A DNA stretch of 37,480 bases, taken from the sequence record DRR723986_1802; one strand, 5' to 3'. The notes beneath the pieces were generated by a model that saw only the letters and a program-made list of their open reading frames with translations, made no database searches and was not told where the DNA came from. Positions 1-9,827 of this stretch are shown piece after piece. Numbering within the stretch: position 1 is the stretch's first letter; every line of letters starts with the position of its first letter. Position numbers and translations under genes: made by a program.

Positions 1-1718
1 ATCGCGCTGCCCAGTTCGGTGATCAGTTTGCTGCCTTGTTCGACACCGCGTTGACTGTTTGCGATCAGTTGTCCGATCTCATGTGCCGATTCCGCCGACC
101 GTTGAGCAAGCGAGCGCACTTCGGTTGCCACGACCGAAAATCCCTTGCCACTTTCGCCAGCACGGGCGGCTTCGACGCCAGCGTTCAAGGCGAGGAGGTT
201 CGTCTGAAAGGCGATTTCATTGATCACATCGGTAGCAACGCTGATCTTGTTTGAATACTCGGCAATCTGCGCCATCGCTGTCACGGTCTTATCGACCACC
301 TGACCGCTTTGTTCCGCTGCATTCTGGGCACTGACGGCAAATTCGGTGGCCTTGTTGGCGTGATCGGACGCGGAGAGGGAGGCCGAGTTGATCTCGCGCA
401 TCATGTCGTTGGCTGTGCTAAGCCGGCTCGCCGCGCCTTCGGTGCGTTGTGATAGGTCTTTCGCCGCATTGGACAATTCAGAAGAGCTGTTCGTGACGAT
501 CTGGGCGTTTTGCGAAATGTGGCCAAGCGCATCGCCAAGCGATGAGGTGCCTTTGTTCACATTCAATTTGAGTTTGGAAAAGGCACCTTGAAACTCCCCT
601 TCCATCTTGAGAGTGAGATCGCATTTTGCCAAAGCCTCCAACACGCGGGAGGTTTCCTTGACGCCAACTTCGACCGTTTCAACCAGTTGGTTCACCGACG
701 TGCGGATTGCATCGTCGTCGTTCTCTGTCGCTGCGTTCTGCATTCTGCCGGTGAAATCACCCGCCTGTGCCAGGGCGATAACCCCTGCCAATTCGGCCTG
801 CATCGCTTCTGTTCTACGGGACCGCTCTTGCGCTTCTTCTGCTTGTTGCCGCTCAAGTTCTGCCTGCTCTTGCAAGGCTTGAAGCCGGGCCGCTTCTGCC
901 TCTCTTGCGGCGGCATCTTTGGCTTTTTCAGCCTCTTGATGTTGGGCCTGCGCGAAGGCCAAATCACGTTTGGCCTGCTGTCCGTCACGGAACACGACCA
1001 ATGCGCCGGCCATCTGGCCCAATTCATCTTTCTGGCCGATGTTCGGGATTTCCACGTTATCTTGGTCGGCGGCAATGGCGGTCATCGCATTGACCATCTT
1101 ATGAATCCCGCGCGACAGGCGGATGCTGACCGCAATAGAGATGAGCAAGCTCAAAGCGATCGTGGAAATGCCAACGGTGAGGATCACAAACAAGGATCTG
1201 CTGATCGAGGTTTGAGCCCGTTTGACGGAGTTCTCTGTTTCGGTCTGCGAGTTGGTCAGGTTTTCGGAAATCACTCCAAATATTTCGCCATAAACGGACA
1301 GAGCGCCGCGCAACCCGCCAAAGGCAATCCTTGGATTGCGTTCTGCCATGCCCAACAGACCGCTCAACTTTCTTTTGAACTCGGTAAAACTCTCAACGGG
1401 GACAAGTCCCGCCTCCGCAAAGCGGTCCAACTCCACGATCATCTGATCAATCTGGCTGCGCATTTCGGCGGCATCTTCGGCAGGGCCATTCATCTCAAGC
1501 CACAGAAGATATTGGTAGATTTTCTGGATCAGCGTCGCCAATGCCGCGCTTGCCTCGTTATTGGCCTTCTCCTGCGGTGCTGCGATTTCGGTTAGGTACC
1601 GCATGGCGCCGGTGGCGTCATCAAGGCCACGATATGAGAACAGGGACACCACCGTCGCCCCGATAAAGGACAGCAGGGCGACAAAGATGATTTTCTGCTT
1701 GATAGAGGTCAGGAACAC
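1..1718 (-). CDS. Methyl-accepting chemotaxis protein (3' end runs off the window)
   Basis: Not in the ORF track because it has no stop in the window. Manual translation from GTG at 1718 (GAAAGG RBS upstream) gives an N-terminal TM ([18 protein letters not shown]), a periplasmic helical region, a second TM and a HAMP-like region. Near 110-225 is the MCP signalling hairpin [42 protein letters not shown]. Confidence 0.93.
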   Translation of the reverse strand, partial: MFLTSIKQKIIFVALLSFIGATVVSLFSYRGLDDATGAMRYLTEIAAPQEKANNEASAALATLIQKIYQYLLWLEMNGPAEDAAEMRSQIDQMIVELDRFAEAGLVPVESFTEFKRKLSGLLGMAERNPRIAFGGLRGALSVYGEIFGVISENLTNSQTETENSVKRAQTSISRSLFVILTVGISTIALSLLISIAVSIRLSRGIHKMVNAMTAIAADQDNVEIPNIGQKDELGQMAGALVVFRDGQQAKRDLAFAQAQHQEAEKAKDAAAREAEAARLQALQEQAELERQQAEEAQERSRRTEAMQAELAGVIALAQAGDFTGRMQNAATENDDDAIRTSVNQLVETVEVGVKETSRVLEALAKCDLTLKMEGEFQGAFSKLKLNVNKGTSSLGDALGHISQNAQIVTNSSSELSNAAKDLSQRTEGAASRLSTANDMMREINSASLSASDHANKATEFAVSAQNAAEQSGQVVDKTVTAMAQIAEYSNKISVATDVINEIAFQTNLLALNAGVEAARAGESGKGFSVVATEVRSLAQRSAESAHEIGQLIANSQRGVEQGSKLITELGSA

Positions 1719-1746
1719 GGCTTGCGCCTTTCATTCTTGGCGCGGA

Positions 1747-2208
1747 TCAGCCGTTGGCCCAGCTGCACAGGATGTTCTGAGCATCGGCGCGCACGCAAGA
1801 GCCGACGGATGGCGTGAGATCGCCACTTTCTGGATTCATGAATTTCAACTGCACCTGATAGACTTCACCGTCTTGCGGGGTGTTCGCGATGATGTCATGG
1901 CCAAACTCGAACCCGTCAAAATCGGCCGCGGCGGTAAAATCCGTTCCGATGAATTCGGGCCAGACGTTATCGGCCCAGACGGTACCATCTACGTTCATCG
2001 CGAACATATGCAGGAAGTATTTGTCGGCGTACCATTCCTCAGTTTTGTGGTTAAAATCCTTTTCGGCCTGTTCGCGCCCGACCTGTTGGTAGTGCGTGAC
2101 GGCACGGGCCACCATTTCTTTGGACATATCGCCCATTTCCTGAAGATCGGCGGCAGCCACGACGGTGGCGGTGCACATCAGACATGCTGTGATTAGCGGC
2201 TTGTTCAT
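1747..2208 (-). CDS. Secreted stand-alone single Cache (sCache_2-like) domain protein
   Basis: ATG at 2208 with CAGGAG RBS. Signal peptide MNKPLITACLMCTATVVAAAD. Cache-like pattern EMVARAVTHYQQVGREQAEKDFN...MFAMNVDG...IGTD...DFDG...KFMNPESG. No TM anchor or output domain. Confidence 0.7.
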   Translation of the reverse strand: MNKPLITACLMCTATVVAAADLQEMGDMSKEMVARAVTHYQQVGREQAEKDFNHKTEEWYADKYFLHMFAMNVDGTVWADNVWPEFIGTDFTAAADFDGFEFGHDIIANTPQDGEVYQVQLKFMNPESGDLTPSVGSCVRADAQNILCSWANG

Positions 2209-2332
2209 TGTTGGCTCCTGCATTCGGATGACGGGTTGCAGGGCGGGGTGTAAGGGCAGGTCGCTAACATCCGCTTAATGCCCAAAAGGGTGATCTCGGG
2301 CACATCCGAAACTTCGGACACACAAATAAAAA

Positions 2333-2356
2333 CAGCCCCGCAGATCTGCGGGGCTG
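2333..2356 (-). terminator. Intrinsic terminator downstream of the peroxiredoxin
   Basis: Perfect inverted repeat CAGCCCCGCAGATCTGCGGGGCTG followed on the minus strand by TTTTTATTTG. Confidence 0.8.
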
Positions 2357-2397
2357 AACCATTTATCGACGGCCAGCAACAGCCTGAGTGCAACCAA

Positions 2398-2952
2398 TCA
2401 GGAGGCAACCGCGAAGGGGTTGTTTGCCTTAAGATGCTTGAGAATGTTCTCAGGGCTGCTTTCGCCGTATGGATCATCCGCGCAGTTGTCTTCGATGCCC
2501 GGCTCTTCGAACCAAGCGACGATTTTGCCATCATCCACAACCGCAGCATATCGCCAGCTGCGCAGGCCAAAGCCAAGATTGTCTTTTTGCACCAACATGC
2601 CGATTTTACGGGTAAATTCCGCGGAGCCATCAGGAATGACGTTGACAGTGTTGATACCTTGATCAGCGGCCCATTTGTTCATCACAAATGCGTCGTTAAC
2701 AGAAAGGCAATAAATGTCCTGCACGCCCTGTTCGGCAAACTCACCCGCCAGATTTTCAAAACCGGGCAACTGATAGGTCGAACATGTCGGCGTGAACGCA
2801 CCGGGCAGCGAGAACAGGATGGCACGGCGGCCACCGAAATAATCCTGTGTTGTCATGTCCTTCCAAGTGAAGGGATTTGGCCCATCGATGCTGTCGTCGC
2901 GCACGCGGGTGCGGAATATCACATCAGGCAATTTCATACCGATACGAGGCAT
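2398..2952 (-). CDS. Peroxiredoxin, Prx5/Redoxin subfamily
   Basis: Active-site motif SLPGAFTPTCS, plus CLSVNDAFVM and GLRSWRYA. Confidence 0.92.
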   Translation of the reverse strand: MPRIGMKLPDVIFRTRVRDDSIDGPNPFTWKDMTTQDYFGGRRAILFSLPGAFTPTCSTYQLPGFENLAGEFAEQGVQDIYCLSVNDAFVMNKWAADQGINTVNVIPDGSAEFTRKIGMLVQKDNLGFGLRSWRYAAVVDDGKIVAWFEEPGIEDNCADDPYGESSPENILKHLKANNPFAVAS

Positions 2953-3230
2953 AATAGTACTCCGAATTTTATTTGAATTAAGTCATCGCGTGAACGCAGA
3001 AATGGACCTTGTTTTATACGACAACTTTACTGAACAAACCGGATGAAACGGCCCTTTTGATGGACGTTTCAGATAGGTCATCCAATGCCCGCCTTCCTTG
3101 TGGGTGAAGGGGCAATTGTCAAGCCGGTCTCGGGCCGATTTTCACGATCCGTCCCGATCTATCCTGAAAGGCTCACCAAGATGCGAAGTGGCGTTGCAAG
3201 CGCATCCGGCCCAGGGTCCTTCCCCTAATC

Positions 3231-3560
3231 CTAGGTCTGGGCCTGTGCGAAGAACAATTCGAATTTCCCTGCCTCGCCATCACGCTGCGCGGCATTTGCG
3301 AGGGGCGGCTTGCGGGCGGTAATGACCGGCCAAAGCTCTGCGAATTGCCGCGCGTGCGCGACCCATTTGGCGCTGTCCGACTCCGCCTCAGTGCGGAACG
3401 CATCAGCCGGACATTCAGGCTCGCAGACGCCGCAATCGATGCATTCGTCGGGATGGATCACCAGCATTGCCTCTCCTTCATAGAAACAATCAACAGGGCA
3501 AACCTCGACACAATCGGTGTATTTGCAGGCGATACAATTATCGGTCACGACATAGGTCAT
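3231..3560 (-). CDS. fdxA: 7Fe ([3Fe-4S]+[4Fe-4S]) ferredoxin
   Basis: [29 protein letters not shown]...[20 protein letters not shown] is the FdxA signature. Confidence 0.93.
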   Translation of the reverse strand: MTYVVTDNCIACKYTDCVEVCPVDCFYEGEAMLVIHPDECIDCGVCEPECPADAFRTEAESDSAKWVAHARQFAELWPVITARKPPLANAAQRDGEAGKFELFFAQAQT

Positions 3561-3614
3561 GGCACAGCTTTCTCATCTGTTTGGTAAAATGGCCGGATGC
3601 TATCGGACAGACAG

Positions 3615-4307
3615 TCACTCAGAAACGGTCAGGATCTCGCTCAGCGGTTTCTTGATCTTGGCGACGCGCGGGATGGTGGCATCGGCCGCTGGATGGCCCA
3701 CAGCAAGGATCATCACGGGTTTTTCCGACTGTGGCCGCCCCAGCATGTCATTGAGAAACTTCATCGGGTTGGGGGTGTGGGTCAAAGATGTCAGGCCCGC
3801 GTGGTGCAGCGCCGCAAGCAGAAAACCCGTAGCGATCCCAACGCTTTCGGGCACGTAATAGTTCTTGTAGCGCGTGCCATCGTCAAAATGGCCCCAACGC
3901 TGGGCAAAAATCACAATGAGCCATGGCGCATCCTCAAGGTGAGGCTTGTTGTCATTGGTCCCGATCGGCTCAAGCGCCTTGAGCCATTCATCGCCCGCGC
4001 CGCCCTCATAGAACCTGCGTTCTTCCTCTTCTGAAGCATCGCGGATGCGCTTTTTGAATGCCGGATCTGAGATCGCCACAAAATGCCATGGCTGATGATT
4101 GGCGCCCGATGGCGCGGTGCCGGCGGTGAGAATGCATTTCTCGATCACGGCGCGGTCAATGGGGCGGTCGCTGAAATCACGCACCGTATGTCGCTTGCAC
4201 ATTGCGCTGTAGAAGGCCTGCGCCTGCGCCATTATTTCCGCATCAGTTAGATCTGCACGGTCGGGCAGGGCAATTGGATCAAATGCAATATTTTCGCGGG
4301 CAAACAT
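3615..4307 (-). CDS. Nitroreductase-superfamily flavoprotein, iodotyrosine deiodinase (IYD)-like
   Basis: ATG at 4307 with AAGGAGG RBS. FMN motifs KRHTVRDFS and APSGANHQPW. IYD-type lid EEEERRFY...W...L...T...KPHLEDAP and LTHTP. Confidence 0.85.
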   Translation of the reverse strand: MFARENIAFDPIALPDRADLTDAEIMAQAQAFYSAMCKRHTVRDFSDRPIDRAVIEKCILTAGTAPSGANHQPWHFVAISDPAFKKRIRDASEEEERRFYEGGAGDEWLKALEPIGTNDNKPHLEDAPWLIVIFAQRWGHFDDGTRYKNYYVPESVGIATGFLLAALHHAGLTSLTHTPNPMKFLNDMLGRPQSEKPVMILAVGHPAADATIPRVAKIKKPLSEILTVSE

Positions 4308-4471
4308 GAGGGGCCTCCTTGGGTAAGTTGTTGCGGCTGGCAAGAATGTCACCGCAGTTGGCCAAGTCGTAGCCTGCGCGATAGATTGTGGCATTCCTCA
4401 TTGATGAGGAAAGAGCCTGGGAATACTCTGTTGTCTGACTTGCCACTAAGATCTGGTCGAATACACGGTGG

Positions 4472-5251
4472 GTGCTTGCATTGAAAAAATCAAATCCGGC
4501 GAACGAAAATGTGTTGGCCCTCACTGCGGCCCAATGTGCGGGACTGGTGGAAAATATCGGATCGGCTGGGTTGGTGCCTGCCTTGCTCAAGCTAGGACAC
4601 GAGGTGTGCCGGGCTGATTTTGTATCAATCTTCTGTCAGGGGGATCGGGACGTGCCGCTTTTGGTCGGGACCGACAGTTGCAAAGGCAAACGCCGGGCGG
4701 AGCAGGCGGCACAGGGCTACAACCGCCACATTGACCAAGATCCAAACACCGCACTGCTGTCCGGCAGCAAAGGCGATGGGGATTTCCTGACCCACCAAGA
4801 TGCTGCCGATATCAAATCCTTTACTTATCGGCGCGATTGTTACGACCTGCCCGGGATTGCGGGGCGGATCTCTCTCGTGCGCCGGACGTCGACCTATGGC
4901 CTGTCGGTGAGCCTTTATACGGCCGAGGAAACCGGCGTTTTTGATCAGCTTAACCGCGCTAAGGCCGAGGCGCTGCTTGCATTTCTTCTTGCGGCGGTGG
5001 AGCGGCATGTCGCATTTTCGCTAAAAGGTTCTGTCTGGATGGAGCAGGACATTCAAGCACGCCTGGCGCTTAGCTATCCGGGCCTCACGCACCGCGAACG
5101 AGAAGTTGCCGCAATGGCGATCAAGGGACGCACCGCCGCGCAGACCGCGCAGATATTGGGGCTGGCAGAAACCACCATCATCACCCACCGCAAAAATGCC
5201 TATAAACGCATGAACGTGGCGTCGCTGCGCCAGCTGGTCGCCAAATTCTGA
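4472..5251 (+). CDS. LuxR-family HTH transcriptional regulator
   Basis: C-terminal LTHREREVAAMAIKGRTAAQTAQILGLAETTIITHRKNAYKRMNV. Divergent from the IYD-like gene. Start codon uncertain (GTG 4472 or TTG 4481). Confidence 0.85.
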   Translation: MLALKKSNPANENVLALTAAQCAGLVENIGSAGLVPALLKLGHEVCRADFVSIFCQGDRDVPLLVGTDSCKGKRRAEQAAQGYNRHIDQDPNTALLSGSKGDGDFLTHQDAADIKSFTYRRDCYDLPGIAGRISLVRRTSTYGLSVSLYTAEETGVFDQLNRAKAEALLAFLLAAVERHVAFSLKGSVWMEQDIQARLALSYPGLTHREREVAAMAIKGRTAAQTAQILGLAETTIITHRKNAYKRMNVASLRQLVAKF

Positions 5252-5299
5252 GAACGCGCCTTTGTACGCCCGTTGATGGCCAAGCTTGTGTGTTCGCCA

Positions 5300-5327
5300 A
5301 TCGGTTTATAGACTGAACCAAAGACCA
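5300..5327 (+). promoter_or_regulatory. Putative FadR operator upstream of the regulator (autoregulation)
   Basis: ATCGGTTTATAGACTGAACCAAAGACCA matches the reverse complement of 6122-6150 at 23 of 29 aligned positions. Confidence 0.6.
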
Positions 5328-5374
5328 CGTGACAGGTGCGGCTTGAAGCTATCCAGCCGACCGAAGGAGGACGC

Positions 5375-6091
5375 ATGCCGGTTCAGGCTTTGAAACAGAA
5401 CAAACTACACGACCAGATCGCGGAATTGCTGATCGAACTCATCCTTGCCGGTGATTTTTCCCCCGGAGATCGCCTTCCGTCAGAGCGTGATCTTGCCGAG
5501 CAGTTGAAAGTCAGTCGCGGGTCATTGCGTCAGGCCCTTGTTGTGCTGGAACTCAGCGGTGTGCTGGAAATCCGCACCTCCAGCGGGATCTTTGTGGCTC
5601 AGGATGCGCTGTCCAATGCCAACCGCCTGCCATCGCTGGACGACAGCGGGCGACGACCCCTTGATATCATACAAGCCCGCCGAGCGGTGGAAGGGGAAAC
5701 GGCCTATCTGGCTGCAAAATTGGGTTCCAAGGCCGATATCGAGCGGATCAGGGCAGCCGCGCAAGCCTTGGAAGAAGGTGAGCGGCGATATGATCTGCGC
5801 CACCCATCAGACCGGCAGTTCCACCGTGAAATCGCCCGCGCAAGTCAGAATACAGTGTTGGCCGATATGGTGCGCGATCTGTGGAACATGCAGCGCGGCA
5901 AATACTATCAACGCCTCGAAGATCACTTTTCGACCGCCGAAATGCGGGACTATGCGATTCGGGATCACCGCGAAATTCTCGCTGCGATCACCGCAGGCGA
6001 TCCTGATCTGGCCCGCCGAATGATGCACCGCCATATGGATCGTATCTATAATAACTTGGCCACAAGCGCATTGGAATTGCCGAAAGTCTGA
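5375..6091 (+). CDS. FadR/GntR-family transcriptional regulator
   Basis: AAGGAGG RBS before ATG 5375. PGDRLPSERDLAEQLKVSRGSLRQAL wHTH. FCD domain with DRQFH and DHREI...HM. Confidence 0.93.
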   Translation: MPVQALKQNKLHDQIAELLIELILAGDFSPGDRLPSERDLAEQLKVSRGSLRQALVVLELSGVLEIRTSSGIFVAQDALSNANRLPSLDDSGRRPLDIIQARRAVEGETAYLAAKLGSKADIERIRAAAQALEEGERRYDLRHPSDRQFHREIARASQNTVLADMVRDLWNMQRGKYYQRLEDHFSTAEMRDYAIRDHREILAAITAGDPDLARRMMHRHMDRIYNNLATSALELPKV

Positions 6092-6105
6092 AGTTCGCGG
6101 GGTGC

Positions 6106-6150
6106 TTGACAGATTCTATTTTGGTCCTATGGTTCACTCAATATACCAAT
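6106..6150 (+). promoter_or_regulatory. Sigma70-like promoter overlapped by a putative FadR operator
   Basis: TTGACA (6106-6111)-N16-TATGGT (6128-6133), overlapped by TGGTCCTATGGTTCACTCAATATACCAAT, an inverted copy of the 5300-5327 element. Confidence 0.6.
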
Positions 6151-6234
6151 TTGCGAAAAGGTGGACTTGATCGCCTGTCGCGCTTCTGCCGCTCCGACAA
6201 ACGGGATGGCATACGGTGTTCAGGGAGGACCCAA

Positions 6235-7218
6235 ATGAAGTCAATTATCAAATCAACACTTGCGGCAATCGCGCTTTCTGCGGCGGCTGTGACAGGTGCC
6301 TCTGCGGCGGATGTGTCGGATCAGAAATACGTTATGGTTGTTCCGATCTCGGGCCATCCGTTCTGGGTGCCGATCCGGCAGGGTGCACAGGATGCGGCTG
6401 ATCAACTGGGCGTGCAGTTCGAATTCACCGGCCCCGTGGAGTTTGACAACATCGCAACGCAAAACCAGATGGAGCAGATCGCACTGACCCAGCCGTCTGC
6501 ATTTCTCACCGGTGCATTTGATCCGTCCATGTCCGAAACCATCAAGCGCGTGACGGAAATGGGTGTGCCTGTGGCCACGTTTGATAGCGACGCGCCGGAT
6601 AGCCCGCGCATCACCTTCGTGGGGCCAGATCACTACAACGTTGGCTTTCAATACGGCAAAAAGATCGTCGAGCTGCTGCAGGGCCAAGGCAAGGAAGAGG
6701 GGCAGATCGGCCTGCTGACAGCCATCAACCAAACCAACCTGCAAGTGCGCATCCAAGGTTTGAAAGACTACCTGTCTGCCAATGCGCCCGCCTATGAGGT
6801 CGTCGCGATCGAAGACAATCAGGGTGATGACCAAATCACAGCAGAACGCACCAAGACCATGCTGCTTGGCAATCCCGATATCGACGGTCTGGTCGTGATC
6901 AACGCGACCGGTACGGGCGTGGCGACTGCATTGACCGAACTGGGCCGCAAAGGCGAAGTGATGGTTGTAGCATCGGATGTCTTTGATCCGATCATCTGCG
7001 GCATCAAGGATGGCGCGATTCAGACAACCTCGGCGGTGAACACCTATCTCGAAGGGTTCCTCGCGCTGAAACTGGCGTATGAATATGTGAACAACAACCT
7101 CGACGGCACGCCCGGCGCGGATGTGGGGGTCTCTGTCCTGCCGCCAAAAATTGATCCCGGCATGTTCTTCATCACCAAAGAAAACGCCGATTCCTTCCTC
7201 GTCGGCAGCTGTTCCTAA
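6235..7218 (+). CDS. Sugar ABC transporter periplasmic binding protein (RbsB/Peripla_BP_4 type)
   Basis: GGGAGG RBS before ATG 6235. Signal peptide MKSIIKSTLAAIALSAAAVTGASA. Motifs HPFW..IRQGA and GVPVATFDSD. Confidence 0.92.
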   Translation: MKSIIKSTLAAIALSAAAVTGASAADVSDQKYVMVVPISGHPFWVPIRQGAQDAADQLGVQFEFTGPVEFDNIATQNQMEQIALTQPSAFLTGAFDPSMSETIKRVTEMGVPVATFDSDAPDSPRITFVGPDHYNVGFQYGKKIVELLQGQGKEEGQIGLLTAINQTNLQVRIQGLKDYLSANAPAYEVVAIEDNQGDDQITAERTKTMLLGNPDIDGLVVINATGTGVATALTELGRKGEVMVVASDVFDPIICGIKDGAIQTTSAVNTYLEGFLALKLAYEYVNNNLDGTPGADVGVSVLPPKIDPGMFFITKENADSFLVGSCS

Positions 7219-7228
7219 GCGGCCTCTC

Positions 7229-7255
7229 GTCCGGCTGGCATCCTGCTGGCCGGAC
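7229..7255 (+). other. Intercistronic stem-loop after the SBP gene
   Basis: GTCCGGCTGGCA-TCC-TGCTGGCCGGAC with no U-tract. Probably stabilises the mRNA. Confidence 0.5.
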
Positions 7256-7284
7256 ATATCTGTCCTTTCTCATGAAGTGGTCCC

Positions 7285-8280
7285 ATGACCTTGTCCCAGA
7301 CAAACACTGATCGGCTAGGCGATGCAGGAGGGTTTGATCTCAAACGCCTGTTGCTGAGCCGCGAGCTTATCGTTGGCGTGATGATCCTGATCACCGCCAT
7401 CGCCGCGACAATGTTGTCGCCCTATTTTCTGACCGCCGCCAACATCAAGAACGTGGTGATTGGTATGTCAATCGAGATGATCGTCGCCATTGGCCTGACG
7501 ATTGTTCTGCTCAGCGGCGGCATTGATCTTTCGGTTGGCTCTGTCGTCGCCCTCAGCGCGGTGGTGATTGCACTGGCCTTTAACGCAGGCCTGTCCATTC
7601 CTGTCGCCATCGCGGCGGGGCTTTGTGCCGGTGTCATTGTGGGCGTGGTGAATGGATATCTGATTGCCTATGTCGGGCTTAACCCATTGATCACGACCCT
7701 TGGCACCATGACGATTTTCCGCAGTGCGGTGTACATCCTGTCTGGCGGTTATGCGATGTCGTCAATCCCCGGCAGTTTCAAGGCGCTGGCAAATGGTGAC
7801 TTGCTGTTTGGTCTGCCAAATCTGGTTGTGCTTGTTGTTGTGTTGATCGTGCTGTTTCACATGGCGATGTGGCAGAACGTCTGGTTCCGCAAATTTGCCT
7901 TTCTCGGCGGGTCTGAAATGGCGGCGCTGCGGGCAGGGATCAATGTCAAACGGCTCAAACTGATGGGCTATGTGATCTGTTCGGTTCTCGCCGCATTGGG
8001 CGGTGTTGTTGTCGTAGCGCGGCTTGGCTCGGCCTTTCCCAATACGGCAACAGGGATGGAGCTTCGGGTGATTACGGCAGTGATCGTTGGCGGGTGTTCG
8101 ATCTATGGCGGGCGCGGCACGGTTTTGGGCGCGGCGCTTGGGGTTTTGTTCCTGGCTCTGGTCAATAACATCCTCGTTCTGAACGCCGTGTCTGTCTATT
8201 GGCAGGGGGTCGCATCGGGCTGTGTTCTGATCCTTGCTGTCCTGTCGGATGCCATTATCAACCGGGGGAAACGGTCATGA
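7285..8280 (+). CDS. Sugar ABC transporter permease (RbsC-like)
   Basis: Hydrophobic protein with GGIDLSVGS, ITTLGT and ELRVITAVIVGG motifs. Confidence 0.93.
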   Translation: MTLSQTNTDRLGDAGGFDLKRLLLSRELIVGVMILITAIAATMLSPYFLTAANIKNVVIGMSIEMIVAIGLTIVLLSGGIDLSVGSVVALSAVVIALAFNAGLSIPVAIAAGLCAGVIVGVVNGYLIAYVGLNPLITTLGTMTIFRSAVYILSGGYAMSSIPGSFKALANGDLLFGLPNLVVLVVVLIVLFHMAMWQNVWFRKFAFLGGSEMAALRAGINVKRLKLMGYVICSVLAALGGVVVVARLGSAFPNTATGMELRVITAVIVGGCSIYGGRGTVLGAALGVLFLALVNNILVLNAVSVYWQGVASGCVLILAVLSDAIINRGKRS

Positions 8281-9032
8281 CCACGCCAAACAAAGTGGTC
8301 GAAATGACCGGTATCGAAAAACGGTTCGGCCCTGTTGAAGTGCTGCGCGGTGTGGACTTCGAACTTTATGAAAACGAGGTTCTTGCACTGCTAGGCGACA
8401 ACGGCGCAGGCAAATCGACGCTGATCAAAACCTTGTCGGGCTATTACCAACCTGATGCGGGGCAAATCCGTATCGGCGGGCAAGCTGTCTCCTTTGGCAC
8501 ACCCCATGAGGCCCGCGATCACGGCATTGAAACGATCTACCAAGACCTTGCGCTTTTCGACAATCTGGATGTGGCCGCGAATGTGTTTGCCGGCAAGGAA
8601 AAGGTCGGGGGCGGCTGGCGCAAGATGCTGGGGTTTGTGGACCGCAAAGCCATGCGCAACGAGGCCCGCGAGGCCGTCAGTCAGATGGCGATCAATATTC
8701 CGCGCATCGACCAGGAGGTCAGCGCCTTCTCGGGTGGTCAGCGCCAATGTGTCGCCATCGCCAAATCGGTGATGTGGGGCCGCAAGGTGGTGATCATGGA
8801 TGAACCGACAGCCGCCCTTGGCGTGCGCGAAACCGGCAAAGTGCTGGATCTGATCCGCACGCTGAAGTCGCATAACCTGTCGGTGATCGTGATCATGCAC
8901 AATATCGAGCACGTTATGGAAGTTGCGGAGCGGGCCATCGTCATGCGCTCGGGCACGCGGCGCGGCACGGTCAATTTGAATGGCCCGCAGGACCGCGAAA
9001 GCCATGATGAAATCGTCAAAATGTTGATGTGA
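8277..9032 (+). CDS. Sugar ABC transporter ATP-binding protein (single NBD)
   Basis: ATGA overlap with the permease. Walker A GDNGAGKS, signature FSGGQ, Walker B VIMDE. Confidence 0.93.
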   Translation: MTTPNKVVEMTGIEKRFGPVEVLRGVDFELYENEVLALLGDNGAGKSTLIKTLSGYYQPDAGQIRIGGQAVSFGTPHEARDHGIETIYQDLALFDNLDVAANVFAGKEKVGGGWRKMLGFVDRKAMRNEAREAVSQMAINIPRIDQEVSAFSGGQRQCVAIAKSVMWGRKVVIMDEPTAALGVRETGKVLDLIRTLKSHNLSVIVIMHNIEHVMEVAERAIVMRSGTRRGTVNLNGPQDRESHDEIVKMLM

Positions 9033-9070
9033 ACGCAACCCGTTCCACAATGAATAACAAGGATAATATT

Positions 9071-9823
9071 ATGAACGCGCAGAGTTTTTCAGGGCGCAAG
9101 GCGATCATCACAGGCGGCGCACGCGGCATGGGGGCGGCGGCGGCCCGCGCGATGTTGGAGCGTGGCGCAAAGGTCTGCCTTTGGGATGCCAACGCCGATG
9201 CCTTGGCCCAAAAGGCGCAGGAGCTTGCACCGTTTGGCCCTGTCATGCACCGGGTTGTGGATGTCAGCGACTTTTCCGATGTGGCCGCTGCCGCACAAGA
9301 GGCAAACGATCAGATGGGCGGGCTGGACATCCTCATCAATTCCGCCGGGATTGCAGGTCCAAACGCCATGGTAGAGGCCTTCCCACCAGAGGATTGGGCC
9401 CGCGTGATGCAGGTCAATTTGAACGGAGTGTTCCATTGTGCCCGCGCAGTGGTGCCTTTTATGAAAGAGCATGACTATGGCCGCATCATCAACGTGGCCT
9501 CCGTTGCGGGCAAAGAGGGCAACCCTAACGCCTCGGCCTATTCGGCGTCCAAGGCGGGCGTGATCAGCCTGACCAAATCTCTGGGCAAGGAGTTGGCGCA
9601 AACCGGCATTCGGGTGAATGCGATCACCCCTGCGGTGATCAAGACCGAGATGCTGGATGATGTGACCGAGGAACAGATTTCCTACATGCTTGCCAAGATC
9701 CCGATGGGGCGCATGGGCACAGTGGATGAAGTTGCCGAAATGGTGATGTTCCTGTCCTCCGAGGCATGTTCCTATTCAACTGCTGCCGTGTTTGACATGT
9801 CCGGCGGTCGTGCGACTTACTGA
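9071..9823 (+). CDS. SDR oxidoreductase, 2-keto-3-deoxy-sugar-acid 4-dehydrogenase (LRA5)-like
   Basis: TGGARGMG, ASVAGKEGNPNASAYSASKAGVI.LTKSLGKELA, YMLAKIPMGR and C-terminal FDMSGGRATY closely resemble Sphingomonas L-KDR dehydrogenase as I recall it. Substrate not certain. Confidence 0.78.
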   Translation: MNAQSFSGRKAIITGGARGMGAAAARAMLERGAKVCLWDANADALAQKAQELAPFGPVMHRVVDVSDFSDVAAAAQEANDQMGGLDILINSAGIAGPNAMVEAFPPEDWARVMQVNLNGVFHCARAVVPFMKEHDYGRIINVASVAGKEGNPNASAYSASKAGVISLTKSLGKELAQTGIRVNAITPAVIKTEMLDDVTEEQISYMLAKIPMGRMGTVDEVAEMVMFLSSEACSYSTAAVFDMSGGRATY

Positions 9824-9827
9824 ACCC

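Noticed and set aside
780-960. Low-complexity Ala/Glu/Gln/Arg-rich stretch resembling a repeat
   Set aside because: It encodes the coiled-coil linker between HAMP regions common in alphaproteobacterial MCPs. It is not a DNA tandem repeat.
588-1595. 335-aa plus-strand ORF
   Set aside because: Antisense shadow of the MCP gene, with no recognisable motifs.
2953-3230. Possible OxyR box or sRNA upstream of the peroxiredoxin
   Set aside because: Only a partial ATAG-N7 match near 3073 and no convincing structure or terminator, so it cannot be supported.
6106-6234. N-terminal extensions in the ORF track (also starts at 4394, 5336, 8199, 9029, 11752, 15241, 25792, 29719, 30345, 33402)
   Set aside because: Downstream starts have clear RBSs, stop/start overlaps or signal peptides. 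The extensions run through promoters or neighbouring genes.
9071-9823. Calling this gene fabG
   Set aside because: Motifs match the LRA5-like group better and there are no fatty-acid synthesis neighbours.
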